This document shows positions 27,769-37,000 of a stretch of DNA of 64,000 nucleotides, one piece after another. Position 1 is the stretch's first letter; every line of letters begins with the position of its first letter. Origin of the DNA: Myxococcota bacterium. Lineage in GTDB: Bacteria > Myxococcota_A > UBA9160 > JAFDDA01. Position numbers and translations under genes: made by a program. Location of the stretch: positions 1 through 64,000 of the forward strand of contig OZ245817.1 in NCBI GenBank assembly GCA_965228475.1, written 5' to 3'. The notes under the pieces are model-generated. The model searched no databases, was not told the origin of the DNA, and saw only the letters and a program-made list of their open reading frames with translations.

Positions 27769-30700
27769 TACTCGGTGGGTTCGTCGCCGCAGCTCTCGAC
27801 GTAGCCGAGGACTCGCAGTTTCTCGCACTCTTCTCGTGAGACGACGGCGTCGCCGCCGCCTTCTACGGCGTTGCCCTCGGCGAAGAGGGTCCAGCCTTCG
27901 ATGGCGTTGTCGAGGGCGTCGACGATGAGCGGTGCGGCGGTGTCGATCAGGTTCTCGGCCTGGACGCGGTCGTTCTGCATGTCGAAGAGCTCCGCGGGCG
28001 GAAGGCCGCGCGGGTTGCCTTCGTTGGCGCGGATGAGCTTCCAGTCGTCCGTGCGGATCGCCACCAGCACGTTGCCCTCGTGGTCCTCTTCGGCGAAGTG
28101 GACGGCATCGCGCTCGGGGAGTTCGCCGTGGCGCGCGCGGAGGTCGGTGCCCTGCATGCCGGTCGGCGCGTCGACGCCCGCCAGCGCGATCAGCGTCGGC
28201 GCGACGTCGATCAGCCGCGCGATCGGTGAATCGACGATCGGGGCGGCGCGCTCGGCGCCTTCGGGCCACTTCACGAGCAGCGGAACGTGGATCTGCTCTT
28301 CGTACAGGGTGAGGCCGTGCCACCAGCCCTGGTGTTCGTGGAACTCCTCGCCGTGGTCCGAGACCAGCACGATCACGGTGTTCTCGTAGAGGTCGTGCTC
28401 GCGGAGCTTCGCGAGGAGCTTGCCGAAGTTTCCGTCGAGGTACTCGATCTCCTCGAGGTACAGGCGCTTCATCTCGCCGGCGAGGCTCGGCTCCGGGTGC
28501 GGGTTCGAGACGCGCGCGATGCCGTTCCCGTCGTAGGGGTGCTCGAAGTACGGATCGTGCGGATCCATGTAGTGGAGGAAGAGGAAGAAGCGGCTGTCGG
28601 CGTGGCGGTCGAGCCAGTCGAAGGCGACGCCGTTCACCACCTCGGAGTCCTGGTAGAAGTCGCCGAAGCGCAGACCCGGCTTCACGCGGAACCAGACCTG
28701 CCGCGCGAGTTGGTAGAGGATCAGCTTCGAGGAGCTTTCCTCGGCGCCGGCGATGTAGTCGGGGCCCAGGTAGTGGTACTCGTCGTAGCCCTGCTCGAAG
28801 CCGAAGCTCTGGGCGAGGTTGATGTTCGAGACGATGCCGCCCGTCGCGTAGCCGGCGTCTTGCAGCACCTCCGAGACCAGGTCGATGTCCGGCGAGAGCG
28901 TCGAGGGCTTCGACATCGCCTGGTGCGTGCTCGGCACCGTCGACGTGAGCAGGCTCGCGGTGGCGGGCTTGGTCCAGGAGGCGTGGCTGAAGCCCTGGTA
29001 GCGCGTGCCGTCCGCGCCGAGCTGGCAGAGGTTCGGCGTCTTCACCGTCGGGTGGCCGTAGCAGTCGAGGTGGTCCGCGCGCAGGGTGTCGACCATCACG
29101 AGCAGCACGTTCGGCCTGTCCGCCAGGGCGGGCGGAACGGGCGGGGCCTGCGTGAGTTCGACGGGCTCCGGGGTTTCGGCGCGAGCCCAGAGCATGCCGC
29201 CGCCGACGGCGAGGCCGAGCAGGACGAGTGCCGGGATCGGGCGGAAGAGCCGGCCGAGGGCGCCACCGAAGATCACGCGCCCTCCGAAGAAGAAGAGCAG
29301 CGCGATGGCGGCCCAGACGGCGACCGCACCGAGCAGGACGGGGAGCGGCGGCATCTGCTCGTGGTAGACGTCGCGGAAGAGGCGGAAGACCGTCACGAAC
29401 AGGCCGAAGGGCACGAGCGTTCCGACCATGCCGAGGGAGGGCGTCCAGCCGTTGGCCTCTTCGCGGTCCATGGGGAGGACGCCGAGGAAGATCCCGCCGA
29501 GGATCGCGAGCCCGCCGAGCACCGCCGCCCAGGCGAGCGGACCGAACCAGAGCACCTGCGCCTCCGCGCCGAAGCCGCCCGAGCGGATCACGAGCGCCTC
29601 CGCCCAGCCGATCAGGAGGCCCGCGATGATGCCCGTCGCCATGCCGAGCCCGGCGTTGTGGAGCATGCGCGAGGGGAGCGAGGGGAGCTCGCTCGCGCCG
29701 TGGGTGGCTTCGCGCTTCGCCTTCTCTTCTTCGGTCTCGAGGGCGACGGCGGCCTTGGCGGCTTCGTCGTAGTCGACCTGTTCGCCGTTCACGCGGCAGT
29801 AGGCCGGGCGGTAATCGTCGCCGCGGATCATCCAGAAGAGGAAGCCGAAGAGCGTCGGCACCTCACCGACCCAGAAGCCGAGCGTGGCGGAGAGGATGGA
29901 GGCGCCCGGGCCGAGGATGGAACCGAGGAGCAAGAGTTGGGCGGCCTCGCGGACGCCCATGCCGCCGATCGTCGGCCCGATCACCGTGGCGAAGATCTGT
30001 ATCGAAGAGCCGAAGACGATCGGCCAGAAGGCTGCCTTGGCACCGGCGCCGACGGCGATCGCCATGAAGTAGTACATGGCCGCGGTCGTGAAGTGGACTG
30101 CAAAACTCATGAAGAGCATGCCGAGGACGAGCAGCTTCTTGTCCCGGTAGGCAGCGGTGGCACTCGAGAGCCGCAGGACGATGCCTTCGAGTCGGGCTTT
30201 GCCCGGAATCGGCAGCCGTTCGAGGAGCCATTGCACCAACCCCGGGAACCAGAGCACGGCGAGCAGCGCAGTGATGATGCCACCGGCCATCGGGACGGTG
30301 ATCGCTGCCACGGTGTTTGCATTCTCGCCGAAGATCGAGATCCCGAAAGGAAGCGCGACCAGGAACGTGATGAAGATGCCGGTGATGCCGAGCACTTTCT
30401 CGAGCACGGTGCCGGCGGTCACCTCGACCGTCCGTCCGCTGAAGCGGGCGGCGTCGTAGAGCTTGTAGCCGTCGAGGCCGGCCGTGCTGGGCAGGAAGAA
30501 GCCGATCGCGCGTCCGATCAGGAACGCGCCGAAGACGTGCCGGAAGGGAAACTCGATTCCCTGTCCGAGCAGCACGAGATGCCATCGCACCATCGAAGCG
30601 ACCACGCCGAGGAAACGGACGAACGCGCCGATCGCCGCGAAGGTCAGGAAGGTGCCGGCGTCGATGTTGCGGAAGACGTCGAGCACGAGCTGCCAGGCCG

Positions 30701-30872
30701 GGACGATCTCGCCGCCCTCGGTCTTCATCGGCCAGGCGAGGAGCAGCCACACCATCCGCACGGTGAGGTACGCCTTCAGCACGTTGAAGAAGCGGCCTCG
30801 CCACGGCTGCGGCGCGACGCGGCCCATGACGAGAGCGACGATCGCGACGATGAGAATCTCGAGCAGAATCAT
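27768..30872 (-). CDS. Fusion of an LPG-synthase-TM/flippase-like domain and a sulfatase-like hydrolase/transferase
   Basis: N-terminal RWHLVL..FLIGRAIGFFLPS..GGMGVRE with many TMs; C-terminal PNVLLVMVDTLRADHL, SWTKPATAS, HYMDPHDPY, SDHGEEF. Confidence 0.85.
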   Translation of the reverse strand: MILLEILIVAIVALVMGRVAPQPWRGRFFNVLKAYLTVRMVWLLLAWPMKTEGGEIVPAWQLVLDVFRNIDAGTFLTFAAIGAFVRFLGVVASMVRWHLVLLGQGIEFPFRHVFGAFLIGRAIGFFLPSTAGLDGYKLYDAARFSGRTVEVTAGTVLEKVLGITGIFITFLVALPFGISIFGENANTVAAITVPMAGGIITALLAVLWFPGLVQWLLERLPIPGKARLEGIVLRLSSATAAYRDKKLLVLGMLFMSFAVHFTTAAMYYFMAIAVGAGAKAAFWPIVFGSSIQIFATVIGPTIGGMGVREAAQLLLLGSILGPGASILSATLGFWVGEVPTLFGFLFWMIRGDDYRPAYCRVNGEQVDYDEAAKAAVALETEEEKAKREATHGASELPSLPSRMLHNAGLGMATGIIAGLLIGWAEALVIRSGGFGAEAQVLWFGPLAWAAVLGGLAILGGIFLGVLPMDREEANGWTPSLGMVGTLVPFGLFVTVFRLFRDVYHEQMPPLPVLLGAVAVWAAIALLFFFGGRVIFGGALGRLFRPIPALVLLGLAVGGGMLWARAETPEPVELTQAPPVPPALADRPNVLLVMVDTLRADHLDCYGHPTVKTPNLCQLGADGTRYQGFSHASWTKPATASLLTSTVPSTHQAMSKPSTLSPDIDLVSEVLQDAGYATGGIVSNINLAQSFGFEQGYDEYHYLGPDYIAGAEESSSKLILYQLARQVWFRVKPGLRFGDFYQDSEVVNGVAFDWLDRHADSRFFLFLHYMDPHDPYFEHPYDGNGIARVSNPHPEPSLAGEMKRLYLEEIEYLDGNFGKLLAKLREHDLYENTVIVLVSDHGEEFHEHQGWWHGLTLYEEQIHVPLLVKWPEGAERAAPIVDSPIARLIDVAPTLIALAGVDAPTGMQGTDLRARHGELPERDAVHFAEEDHEGNVLVAIRTDDWKLIRANEGNPRGLPPAELFDMQNDRVQAENLIDTAAPLIVDALDNAIEGWTLFAEGNAVEGGGDAVVSREECEKLRVLGYVESCGDEPTE

Positions 30873-30997
30873 GGGCGCCTTTCTCCGCAGCGGGTCCAGC
30901 CTTCATCGGCAGGCACCGGTCTGAGGAAAACGCGAGACCATAGGAAAGGTTCGGGGGATTGGCCGGGTGCGCAGGTCATGCGCAGTGGACTGGCAAC

Positions 30998-31112
30998 GGC
31001 GGGCTGGGGGGAGGGCCTCCGGGACCGTCCCGACTCTCCAATCTCACGATTCCCAGCACCCAGCCCCCCGGCGGGTCCCGGAGGCCCTCCCCCCAGCCCG
31101 CCTCCTCGGCGG
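30998..31112 (+). repeat. REPIN/MITE-like hairpin element, copy B
   Basis: Perfect 29-bp inverted repeat, arms 30998-31026 and 31074-31102; shares gggaccgtcccgactc and ccgcctcctcggcg with copy A, in opposite orientation. Confidence 0.85.
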
Positions 31113-31135
31113 TGCGGGGGGCCTTCGTCCGTGGC

Positions 31136-31969
31136 CTATTCGTCGGGCTCGGAGAGGATCTTGCGGCGTTGGGCCATGTATTCGGCTTCGCCGATGGAGC
31201 CGGCCTGGCGGGCTTCCTCTAGGTCGGCGAGGGCTCGGAGCTTGGCCGGGGAGACCTTGCTGAGGTCGAGGGTGTCTTCGGGGGCGACGGCGGGGGCGAC
31301 CTCTTCCGGCTCTTCCATGAGAACGGTGCGGCGTTCGACGCGGCCGCCGGAGCGGATGCGGATGGCGTCGGCGCGGCGGAAGGAATCCCGCCGCCAATCG
31401 ACCGCGACGACCTGGCGGGCGATCGGCACGATGCCGTTGCTCGGAAGGACCTTGAAGGATTGGAACTCCTTCTTGACGTCGATCTCGCGGACGCGCTCGT
31501 TCGGGTTCTTCGGCACGGCCCAGTCGACGCGCCCGACGTGGATGCGCAGCTGATCGTTCTTCATCGACGCGGCGATGCTCGTCATGCGCTCGGAGGTGAA
31601 GAGCTTGAGTGAGCGCGTGTGGCGGGAGGCGTCGATCACGACGTCCTGGGTCGGGTCGGCCTTGGCCAGCGCCCGCGCGAGCTGCTCGCCGAGCGGGTAG
31701 ATCAGCTCCACCGGAATCGCATGGGTGCGCGCGTTCTTCGTCTCGTTCTCGTCGAAGCGCACGTCGATGCTCGCGAGGATGTGGGCGAGCCGCACGGCGG
31801 AGATCGTCGTCGGGTGCTCGTAGCCCGGGTTCACGTCGGTGCGGGCGCGCAGGACGACGCGGAAGTCGCCCCCTTCGTAGAACGTGTCGCGCGAGTAGCG
31901 CGGCCCGCCGCAGGCGGCGAGGAGGAGCGAGGCGGCACACAGGGCGACGGCGATGCGGGAAGTCTTCAT
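31136..31969 (-). CDS. Lipoprotein with a C-terminal SHOCT-like domain
   Basis: Lipobox LAAC; C-terminal KLRALADLEEARQAGSIGEAEYMAQRRKIL. Confidence 0.75.
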   Translation of the reverse strand: MKTSRIAVALCAASLLLAACGGPRYSRDTFYEGGDFRVVLRARTDVNPGYEHPTTISAVRLAHILASIDVRFDENETKNARTHAIPVELIYPLGEQLARALAKADPTQDVVIDASRHTRSLKLFTSERMTSIAASMKNDQLRIHVGRVDWAVPKNPNERVREIDVKKEFQSFKVLPSNGIVPIARQVVAVDWRRDSFRRADAIRIRSGGRVERRTVLMEEPEEVAPAVAPEDTLDLSKVSPAKLRALADLEEARQAGSIGEAEYMAQRRKILSEPDE

Positions 31970-31991
31970 GGGAGGTTCCTCGGGGGCGAGC

Positions 31992-33890
31992 TTACGCGGG
32001 CGGGCCGGTCGCCGCGAGCACGGCGCGATAGGTCAGGAAGCTCGCGCCGTAGGCCAGGGCGAGCAGGTAGCCGAAGGCGAAGGCCGGCCAGCGCCAGGAG
32101 GCCGTCTCGCGCCGCATGATGGCGAGGGTCGACATGCACTGGAGCGCGAAGACGAAGAACACGAGGAGCGATGCGACCGCCGCGGGCGTGAAGACCTTCT
32201 GGCCGGTCCGCGGGTCGACGTCGGCGCGGATCGCCTCGCGCAGGCTCGCCTCCTCGTCGGTGGCCGCGTAGATCTGGGCCAGCGTCGCGACGATCACCTC
32301 GCGCGCCGCCAGGCTCGCGACGAGCCCGACGCCGATCTTCCAATCGAAGCCGAGCGGCGCGATGGCCGGCTCGATGGCGTGGCCGAGCCGCCCCGCGGCG
32401 CTCTGCTCGAGGGCGTAGCGCGCGGCCTCGGCCTCGCTGGCTCCGGCCGGCGCCTCGACGCGCGGGAAGGTCAGGAGCACCCAGAGCACCATGGTCACGA
32501 GCAGGATGATCGTCCCCGCCCGGCGCAGGAAAGCCCAGGCGCGGTCCCAGACCTGCCAGAGGACGAGCCGGACGGTCGGCACGCGATAGGGCGGGAGCTC
32601 CATGTAGAACGGCAGGCCGTCGCTCGGCGCGACCGTCTTCTTGAGCAGGGCGGCGACGGCGAAGGCCGAGAGCGAGCCGAGCAGGTACAGGCCGAAGAGC
32701 ACCAGCCCCTGGAGTCCGAAGGGCCCGACCTGGCTCGCGGGTACGAAGGCCGCGATCAGCAGCGCGTAGACCGGGAGCCGTGCCGAGCAGGTCATGAGCG
32801 GGGAGACGAGGATCGTGACGAGGCGGTCGCGCGCGGAGGGCACGCTGCGCGTGGCCATGATGCCCGGGATCGCGCAGGCGAACGAGGAGAGCAGCGCCAC
32901 GAAGGAGCGCCCTTCGAGCCCGATGCGTCCCATGGCGCGGTCGACGACGAAGGCGGCGCGCGCCATGTAGCCCAGGTTCTCGAGCGTCGAGAGCAGCACG
33001 AACAGCAGCATGATCTGCGGCAGGAAGATCACGACGCCGCCGACCCCGGCGATCAGGCCGTCGACGAGGAAGTCCCGGAGGAGGCCTTCCGGGAGCGCGC
33101 CGCCGACCGCCTCGCCGAGGCTCCCGACGCCCGCGTCGATGGCGTCCATGGCCGGCGCGGCCCAGGCGAAGATCGCCTGGAAGAAGAGGATCATCACCGC
33201 GATGAACAGGAGCGTCCCGCCGACGGGGTGGAGGACGACGCGGTCGATGGCTTCGGTCAGGGCGTGCTGGCCGGGCCGCTCCTCGAGCACGCTCGCGAGG
33301 ATCGAATCCACCCAGGCCGCGCGCTCCTCGACGCTGCGGGGCGCCGGGACGACCGGGCGCTCCCAGCTCTCGGGCTCCCCGATCCGGGCCCGGAGCGCAT
33401 CGAGGCCGACGCCGCGGTGCCCGACCACGGGCACGACCGGGATGCCGAGGGCGGCTTCGAGCCGCTCGCGGTCGAGGCGGCCGCCCCGGGCCGCGAGCTC
33501 GTCGATCATGGTGAGTACGAGGCAGGTCGGCCGGCCGAGGGCGAGCACCTCGCCGACCAGGAGCAGCGAGCGCTCGAGGGCGCAGGCGTCGGCCACCACC
33601 ATGAGGGCGTCGGGGGCCGGGACGTCCGGGACGTCCCCCGCCAGGGAGGCGGCCACGACGGCCTCGTCGGGGCTTACCGGAGAGAGGCCGTAGGTCCCGG
33701 GGAGATCGACGACGCGGATGCGCCGGCCCCCGGACTCGGTCTCCCCTTCCCGGTGCTCGACGGTCACGCCGGGGTAGTTCCCGACCTTCGCCCGCAGGCC
33801 GGTCAGGGCGTTGAACAGCGTGGTCTTGCCGCAGTTCGGGCTGCCGACCAGCCCGACGCGGATCTCCGCCGCATCCGCCGCCGCAGTCAC
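31992..33890 (-). CDS. feoB: Ferrous iron transporter B
   Basis: GSPNCGKTT, VGNYPGVTVE, DLPGTY, CSARLPVY, AREVIV. Confidence 0.95.
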   Translation of the reverse strand: MTAAADAAEIRVGLVGSPNCGKTTLFNALTGLRAKVGNYPGVTVEHREGETESGGRRIRVVDLPGTYGLSPVSPDEAVVAASLAGDVPDVPAPDALMVVADACALERSLLLVGEVLALGRPTCLVLTMIDELAARGGRLDRERLEAALGIPVVPVVGHRGVGLDALRARIGEPESWERPVVPAPRSVEERAAWVDSILASVLEERPGQHALTEAIDRVVLHPVGGTLLFIAVMILFFQAIFAWAAPAMDAIDAGVGSLGEAVGGALPEGLLRDFLVDGLIAGVGGVVIFLPQIMLLFVLLSTLENLGYMARAAFVVDRAMGRIGLEGRSFVALLSSFACAIPGIMATRSVPSARDRLVTILVSPLMTCSARLPVYALLIAAFVPASQVGPFGLQGLVLFGLYLLGSLSAFAVAALLKKTVAPSDGLPFYMELPPYRVPTVRLVLWQVWDRAWAFLRRAGTIILLVTMVLWVLLTFPRVEAPAGASEAEAARYALEQSAAGRLGHAIEPAIAPLGFDWKIGVGLVASLAAREVIVATLAQIYAATDEEASLREAIRADVDPRTGQKVFTPAAVASLLVFFVFALQCMSTLAIMRRETASWRWPAFAFGYLLALAYGASFLTYRAVLAATGPPA

Positions 33891-34111
33891 GAAGCGTGCA
33901 CCTCGACGAGGCTCGCTTCGCCCCGCCGGAGCGCGATCCGATAGCCCCGCAGCTCGTAGAGGGTCGGGTCGCCGAGCGGCGCCCGCCGCACGACCCGGAC
34001 CTCGGTGCCGGGGCAGAAGCCCAGGTCCGCGAGCCGGGTGGCCAGGGGTTCGGCGGCCGCGATCGCGCGGACGCGCGCGGCAGCGCCGGGCTCGAGCCGG
34101 TCGAGACTCAT
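33887..34111 (-). CDS. feoA: Ferrous iron transport protein A
   Basis: RLADLGFCPGTEV..APLGDP..IALRRGEA. Confidence 0.92.
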   Translation of the reverse strand: MSLDRLEPGAAARVRAIAAAEPLATRLADLGFCPGTEVRVVRRAPLGDPTLYELRGYRIALRRGEASLVEVHAS

Positions 34112-34160
34112 GGCATCGCTCTTCAAGGACGGGGGCCTCCGCGGGCGGGCGGCGGAGCGT

Positions 34161-34180
34161 AATTGAAAATCGTTTTCAAA
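34161..34180. promoter_or_regulatory. Fur-type operator
   Basis: Palindrome TTGAAAA-tcg-TTTTCAA (34163-34179), an AT island directly upstream of feoA. Confidence 0.8.
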
Positions 34181-34250
34181 ACCAGGGGTTCCCGCCTATG
34201 GGAACGCGTTCGCAAACCGCGGCCGGTGGGGCGCAAGTGACCGACGTTGC

Positions 34251-35267
34251 TCACGTTCCGTCGAAGTCGTGCTCCGTGGTCAGCTGCCGTGTCATGAGCA
34301 GGCTGCGCGCCTGCTCCGGCCGGACCTCGCCGTCGAGCAGGGCCCGGACCATCTGGGTGATGGGCATGTCGACGCCGAGCGCATTGGCCAGGCCGCAGGC
34401 GGCGCGGGTCGTGCGGATGCCCTCGGCCACCTCGTTCATGTCCGCGACGATCTCCGCGAGCGATCGGCCGCGGCCGAGCTCGAGCCCGACCTTCCGGTTG
34501 CGGGAGAGGTCGCCGGTGCAGGTGAGGACCAGGTCGCCCATGCCCGAGAGGCCCAGGAAGGTGGTCGGTTTGGCGCCCATCCGGGTGCCGAGGCGGGTGA
34601 TCTCGTTCAAGCCGCGGGTCATCAGCCCGGCCCGCGCGTTCAGTCCGAGTTCGAGGCCGTCGCAGATGCCGACGGCGATGGCGACGACGTTCTTGAGCGC
34701 CCCGCCGAGCTCCACGCCCACCACGTCGTCGTGGGAGTAGCAGCGGAACCAGTCGCAGGAGAGCGTGGTCTGGACCGCGATGGCGTAGGCCTCCTCCTCG
34801 CAGGCCAGGGTCACCGAGGTCGGCTTGCCGTCGGCGATCTCGCGGGCGAAGGACGGCCCGGAGAGGAACACCAGCCGGGCGTGATGCTCCTCGGGCAGGC
34901 AATCGCGCAGGACCTCGTCCATGCGCGCGCCGGTCTCGACCTCGATCCCCTTCACGGTGGAGACGAGGATGGCGTCCTCGGGCAGGAGCGGCGCGGCGCG
35001 CTTCATCAGCTCCCGGACGCCGTGGCTCGGGACGGCGAGGATCACCATCTCGCGGCCCGCGAGGGCCGTGGCGAGATCCGCGGTGGCGCGGACGTTCTCC
35101 GAGAGCGGGACGTCGCTCAGATAGTTCGGGTTGTGACGGTCGCGCTCGATGGCCTCGGCCGTTGCCGGGTCGCGCGCCCAGAGCGTCACGTCGTGCTCGC
35201 GTGCGGCGAGCATCGCCAGGCAGGTGCCGAAACTGCCGGCGCCGAGCACCGCGACGGGAGTGGTCAC
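34251..35267 (-). CDS. gpsA: NAD(P)H-dependent glycerol-3-phosphate dehydrogenase
   Basis: GAGSFGT, SGPSFARE, GGALKNV, GDLVLTC..SRN, AEG. Confidence 0.96.
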   Translation of the reverse strand: MTTPVAVLGAGSFGTCLAMLAAREHDVTLWARDPATAEAIERDRHNPNYLSDVPLSENVRATADLATALAGREMVILAVPSHGVRELMKRAAPLLPEDAILVSTVKGIEVETGARMDEVLRDCLPEEHHARLVFLSGPSFAREIADGKPTSVTLACEEEAYAIAVQTTLSCDWFRCYSHDDVVGVELGGALKNVVAIAVGICDGLELGLNARAGLMTRGLNEITRLGTRMGAKPTTFLGLSGMGDLVLTCTGDLSRNRKVGLELGRGRSLAEIVADMNEVAEGIRTTRAACGLANALGVDMPITQMVRALLDGEVRPEQARSLLMTRQLTTEHDFDGT

Positions 35268-35438
35268 GGCGGGCAGTGTATCAGCCTGGCACGAAGCATC
35301 GGGCCGCTCGTGCCCCCGGGGGCCGCGAATCGGGTGCGGTCGCCCGGCCCGTGGAGGGAGTCAATTCGACGACTGTACGCCCGCGTTGCTCCCGGGGTAG
35401 TCTCAGCAGGCTCGTGCTGAGCTTGGAGCAAGGATGGA

Positions 35439-35636
35439 ATGTTCAGGAGGGTCGTGCAGAACGTCGGCATCATGATCGCGACGGCTGCACTCGTGGCCGG
35501 ATGGGGGCTCCTGGATCGGGAGTCAGGCCTCGAGAGCTGGTTCGAGCTACGCGAGCAAGTGAGAACCGCGACCGAGAATCTCGATCGCTACAAGCTCGAG
35601 GCAAGAAGTCTTGACCGAGAGTCGAGAGGGCCCTGA
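35439..35636 (+). CDS. FtsB/DivIC-like TM + coiled-coil segment, probably the frameshifted N-terminus of the next gene
   Basis: TM helix then DRESGLESWFELREQVRTATENLDRYKLEARSLDRE, an FtsB-like pattern; adding one G near 35621 joins it to DUF4062. Confidence 0.6.
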   Translation: MFRRVVQNVGIMIATAALVAGWGLLDRESGLESWFELREQVRTATENLDRYKLEARSLDRESRGP

Positions 35637-37000
35637 CCCTGGCGCGCAGTTCCCCTTCAGATGCCGCTCGAGTCTTCATCTCTTCCACGTCCGAGGATCT
35701 TCGCGAGGACCGCGCCAGTACGATCCGGATGCTCCGGCAGCTCGGGTGCAATCCTATTGCGATGGAGGATTTTGCGCCGGGTGGTTCGCCCCCACTACAG
35801 CGTTGTGTCCAGGAAGTCCGCGCGTGTGATGCCTACGTCGGGATATTCGCCTGGCGTTACGGCTACGTGCCAGAGGGGCACGAGAAGAGTATCACCGAGC
35901 TCGAGTACGAGGCCGCTCTCGCGGCAGGGCTGGAAGTGTTTATCTTCCTCATCGACGAAGATTCTCATAGCCCAGACGATGAGATCGGCACGCGCTTCGA
36001 GGCTGTTAGAGACCTCCGTGCCAAGCTGATGAAGAATCACGTTGTCGCTTTCTTTCGGGGTGCCAACGACTTGGCGCCCAAGGTAGTTACGTCGGTTGCG
36101 AAGTGGTTGGCCGGGTCCCGGCGCGAAGATCGCTCGCCGAGTGTTCCTGGCCTGCTCCCCTACCTGAGCGACAGAGATCGGCAAGTCCTCGAGGTCTTTA
36201 GGCTCTTGGAGCAGCGCTCAGCGGGTCAACGCCGCCCCACCTTCATCCTGATGCATGGTGGTTTGGAGCAAGCACACGACACGTTCGTGGATCGACTCAT
36301 TCATCAGGAGCTACCACGGCTTCTCAGGCTGGACCCCACGACCGAGCGAGTGACGCACTTGCCATTGCGATGGCGCGGGGGCGGCACGAGAACAGATCGG
36401 CTCGATTCGCTGGAGCTGCAGCTTGCGCAGGCGCTGGCGAGTCCTTCGCTGGAAGTCCAAGCGCCGAGCACCCTCGGATCGGAGTGGCGGGAGATCGCTT
36501 CCGCCGGGTCCGGGGTACTACTGATCACTTCGATGATCGGTAGCCACGAGTGGCACCACGACGAGGAGGATCTCATCGACTCTTGGATGGGACTCTGGCG
36601 AGGCTTCCCCGATTTGGCACCGGCGAGGTACATCGTTGTGATTGTTGGGGTCCAGTACCGTTCCTCCCCCGAATCTGGGTGGTTGTTTCGAAGAAGGAGC
36701 CGTCGTCAACACGCTGAGATTCGTCGCAGCCTTCGGGCCCTGACTGCCCGAGGGATGGATCGACTTGTCGTCGGCCTGCTGCCGGAACTCTCCAGCGTGA
36801 CCGAAGGGGATGTCGAGGAGTGGATGAAGGATCGGGTCCCAGAATTCTGTGAAGCAACTGGGCGTGACCCCGTGTTGATTCGGGAGCATCTGCTTCCCAA
36901 GGTGAGGGATCTGTTTCGTGATACCCGGGCTCCGATCCCGATGGCGACATTGGGCCCGCAGCTTCGTATGTTGCTCGCGGAAGAGGGCAAGAAGATATGA
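35621..37000 (+). CDS. DUF4062 (TIR/NDT-like) + inactive STAND (iSTAND) protein
   Basis: Frame is open from 35615. RVFISSTSEDLREDR..MEDF..YVGIFAWRYG..SITELEYEAA (DUF4062); LPYLSDRDRQ, HGGLEQAHDTFVDRL, LPELSSVTEGDVEEW (iSTAND-like). The first ATG (35729) lies inside the domain. Confidence 0.75.
   Translation, partial: VERALTLARSSPSDAARVFISSTSEDLREDRASTIRMLRQLGCNPIAMEDFAPGGSPPLQRCVQEVRACDAYVGIFAWRYGYVPEGHEKSITELEYEAALAAGLEVFIFLIDEDSHSPDDEIGTRFEAVRDLRAKLMKNHVVAFFRGANDLAPKVVTSVAKWLAGSRREDRSPSVPGLLPYLSDRDRQVLEVFRLLEQRSAGQRRPTFILMHGGLEQAHDTFVDRLIHQELPRLLRLDPTTERVTHLPLRWRGGGTRTDRLDSLELQLAQALASPSLEVQAPSTLGSEWREIASAGSGVLLITSMIGSHEWHHDEEDLIDSWMGLWRGFPDLAPARYIVVIVGVQYRSSPESGWLFRRRSRRQHAEIRRSLRALTARGMDRLVVGLLPELSSVTEGDVEEWMKDRVPEFCEATGRDPVLIREHLLPKVRDLFRDTRAPIPMATLGPQLRMLLAEEGKKI

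Noticed and set aside
28287..31553. Long antisense or alternative-frame ORFs (for example 1088 aa here, 16431-18938, 53099-56149)
   Set aside because: Shadow ORFs typical of high-GC DNA, lying opposite well-supported genes and lacking motifs.
35287..35302. Sigma54 promoter for the island (TGGCACG)
   Set aside because: The -24 element is perfect but there is no GC/TTGC at the -12 position.
35634..35636. Selenocysteine read-through of the FtsB-like TGA (selB is nearby)
   Set aside because: The domain continues in a different frame, so read-through would not restore it; no SECIS evident.
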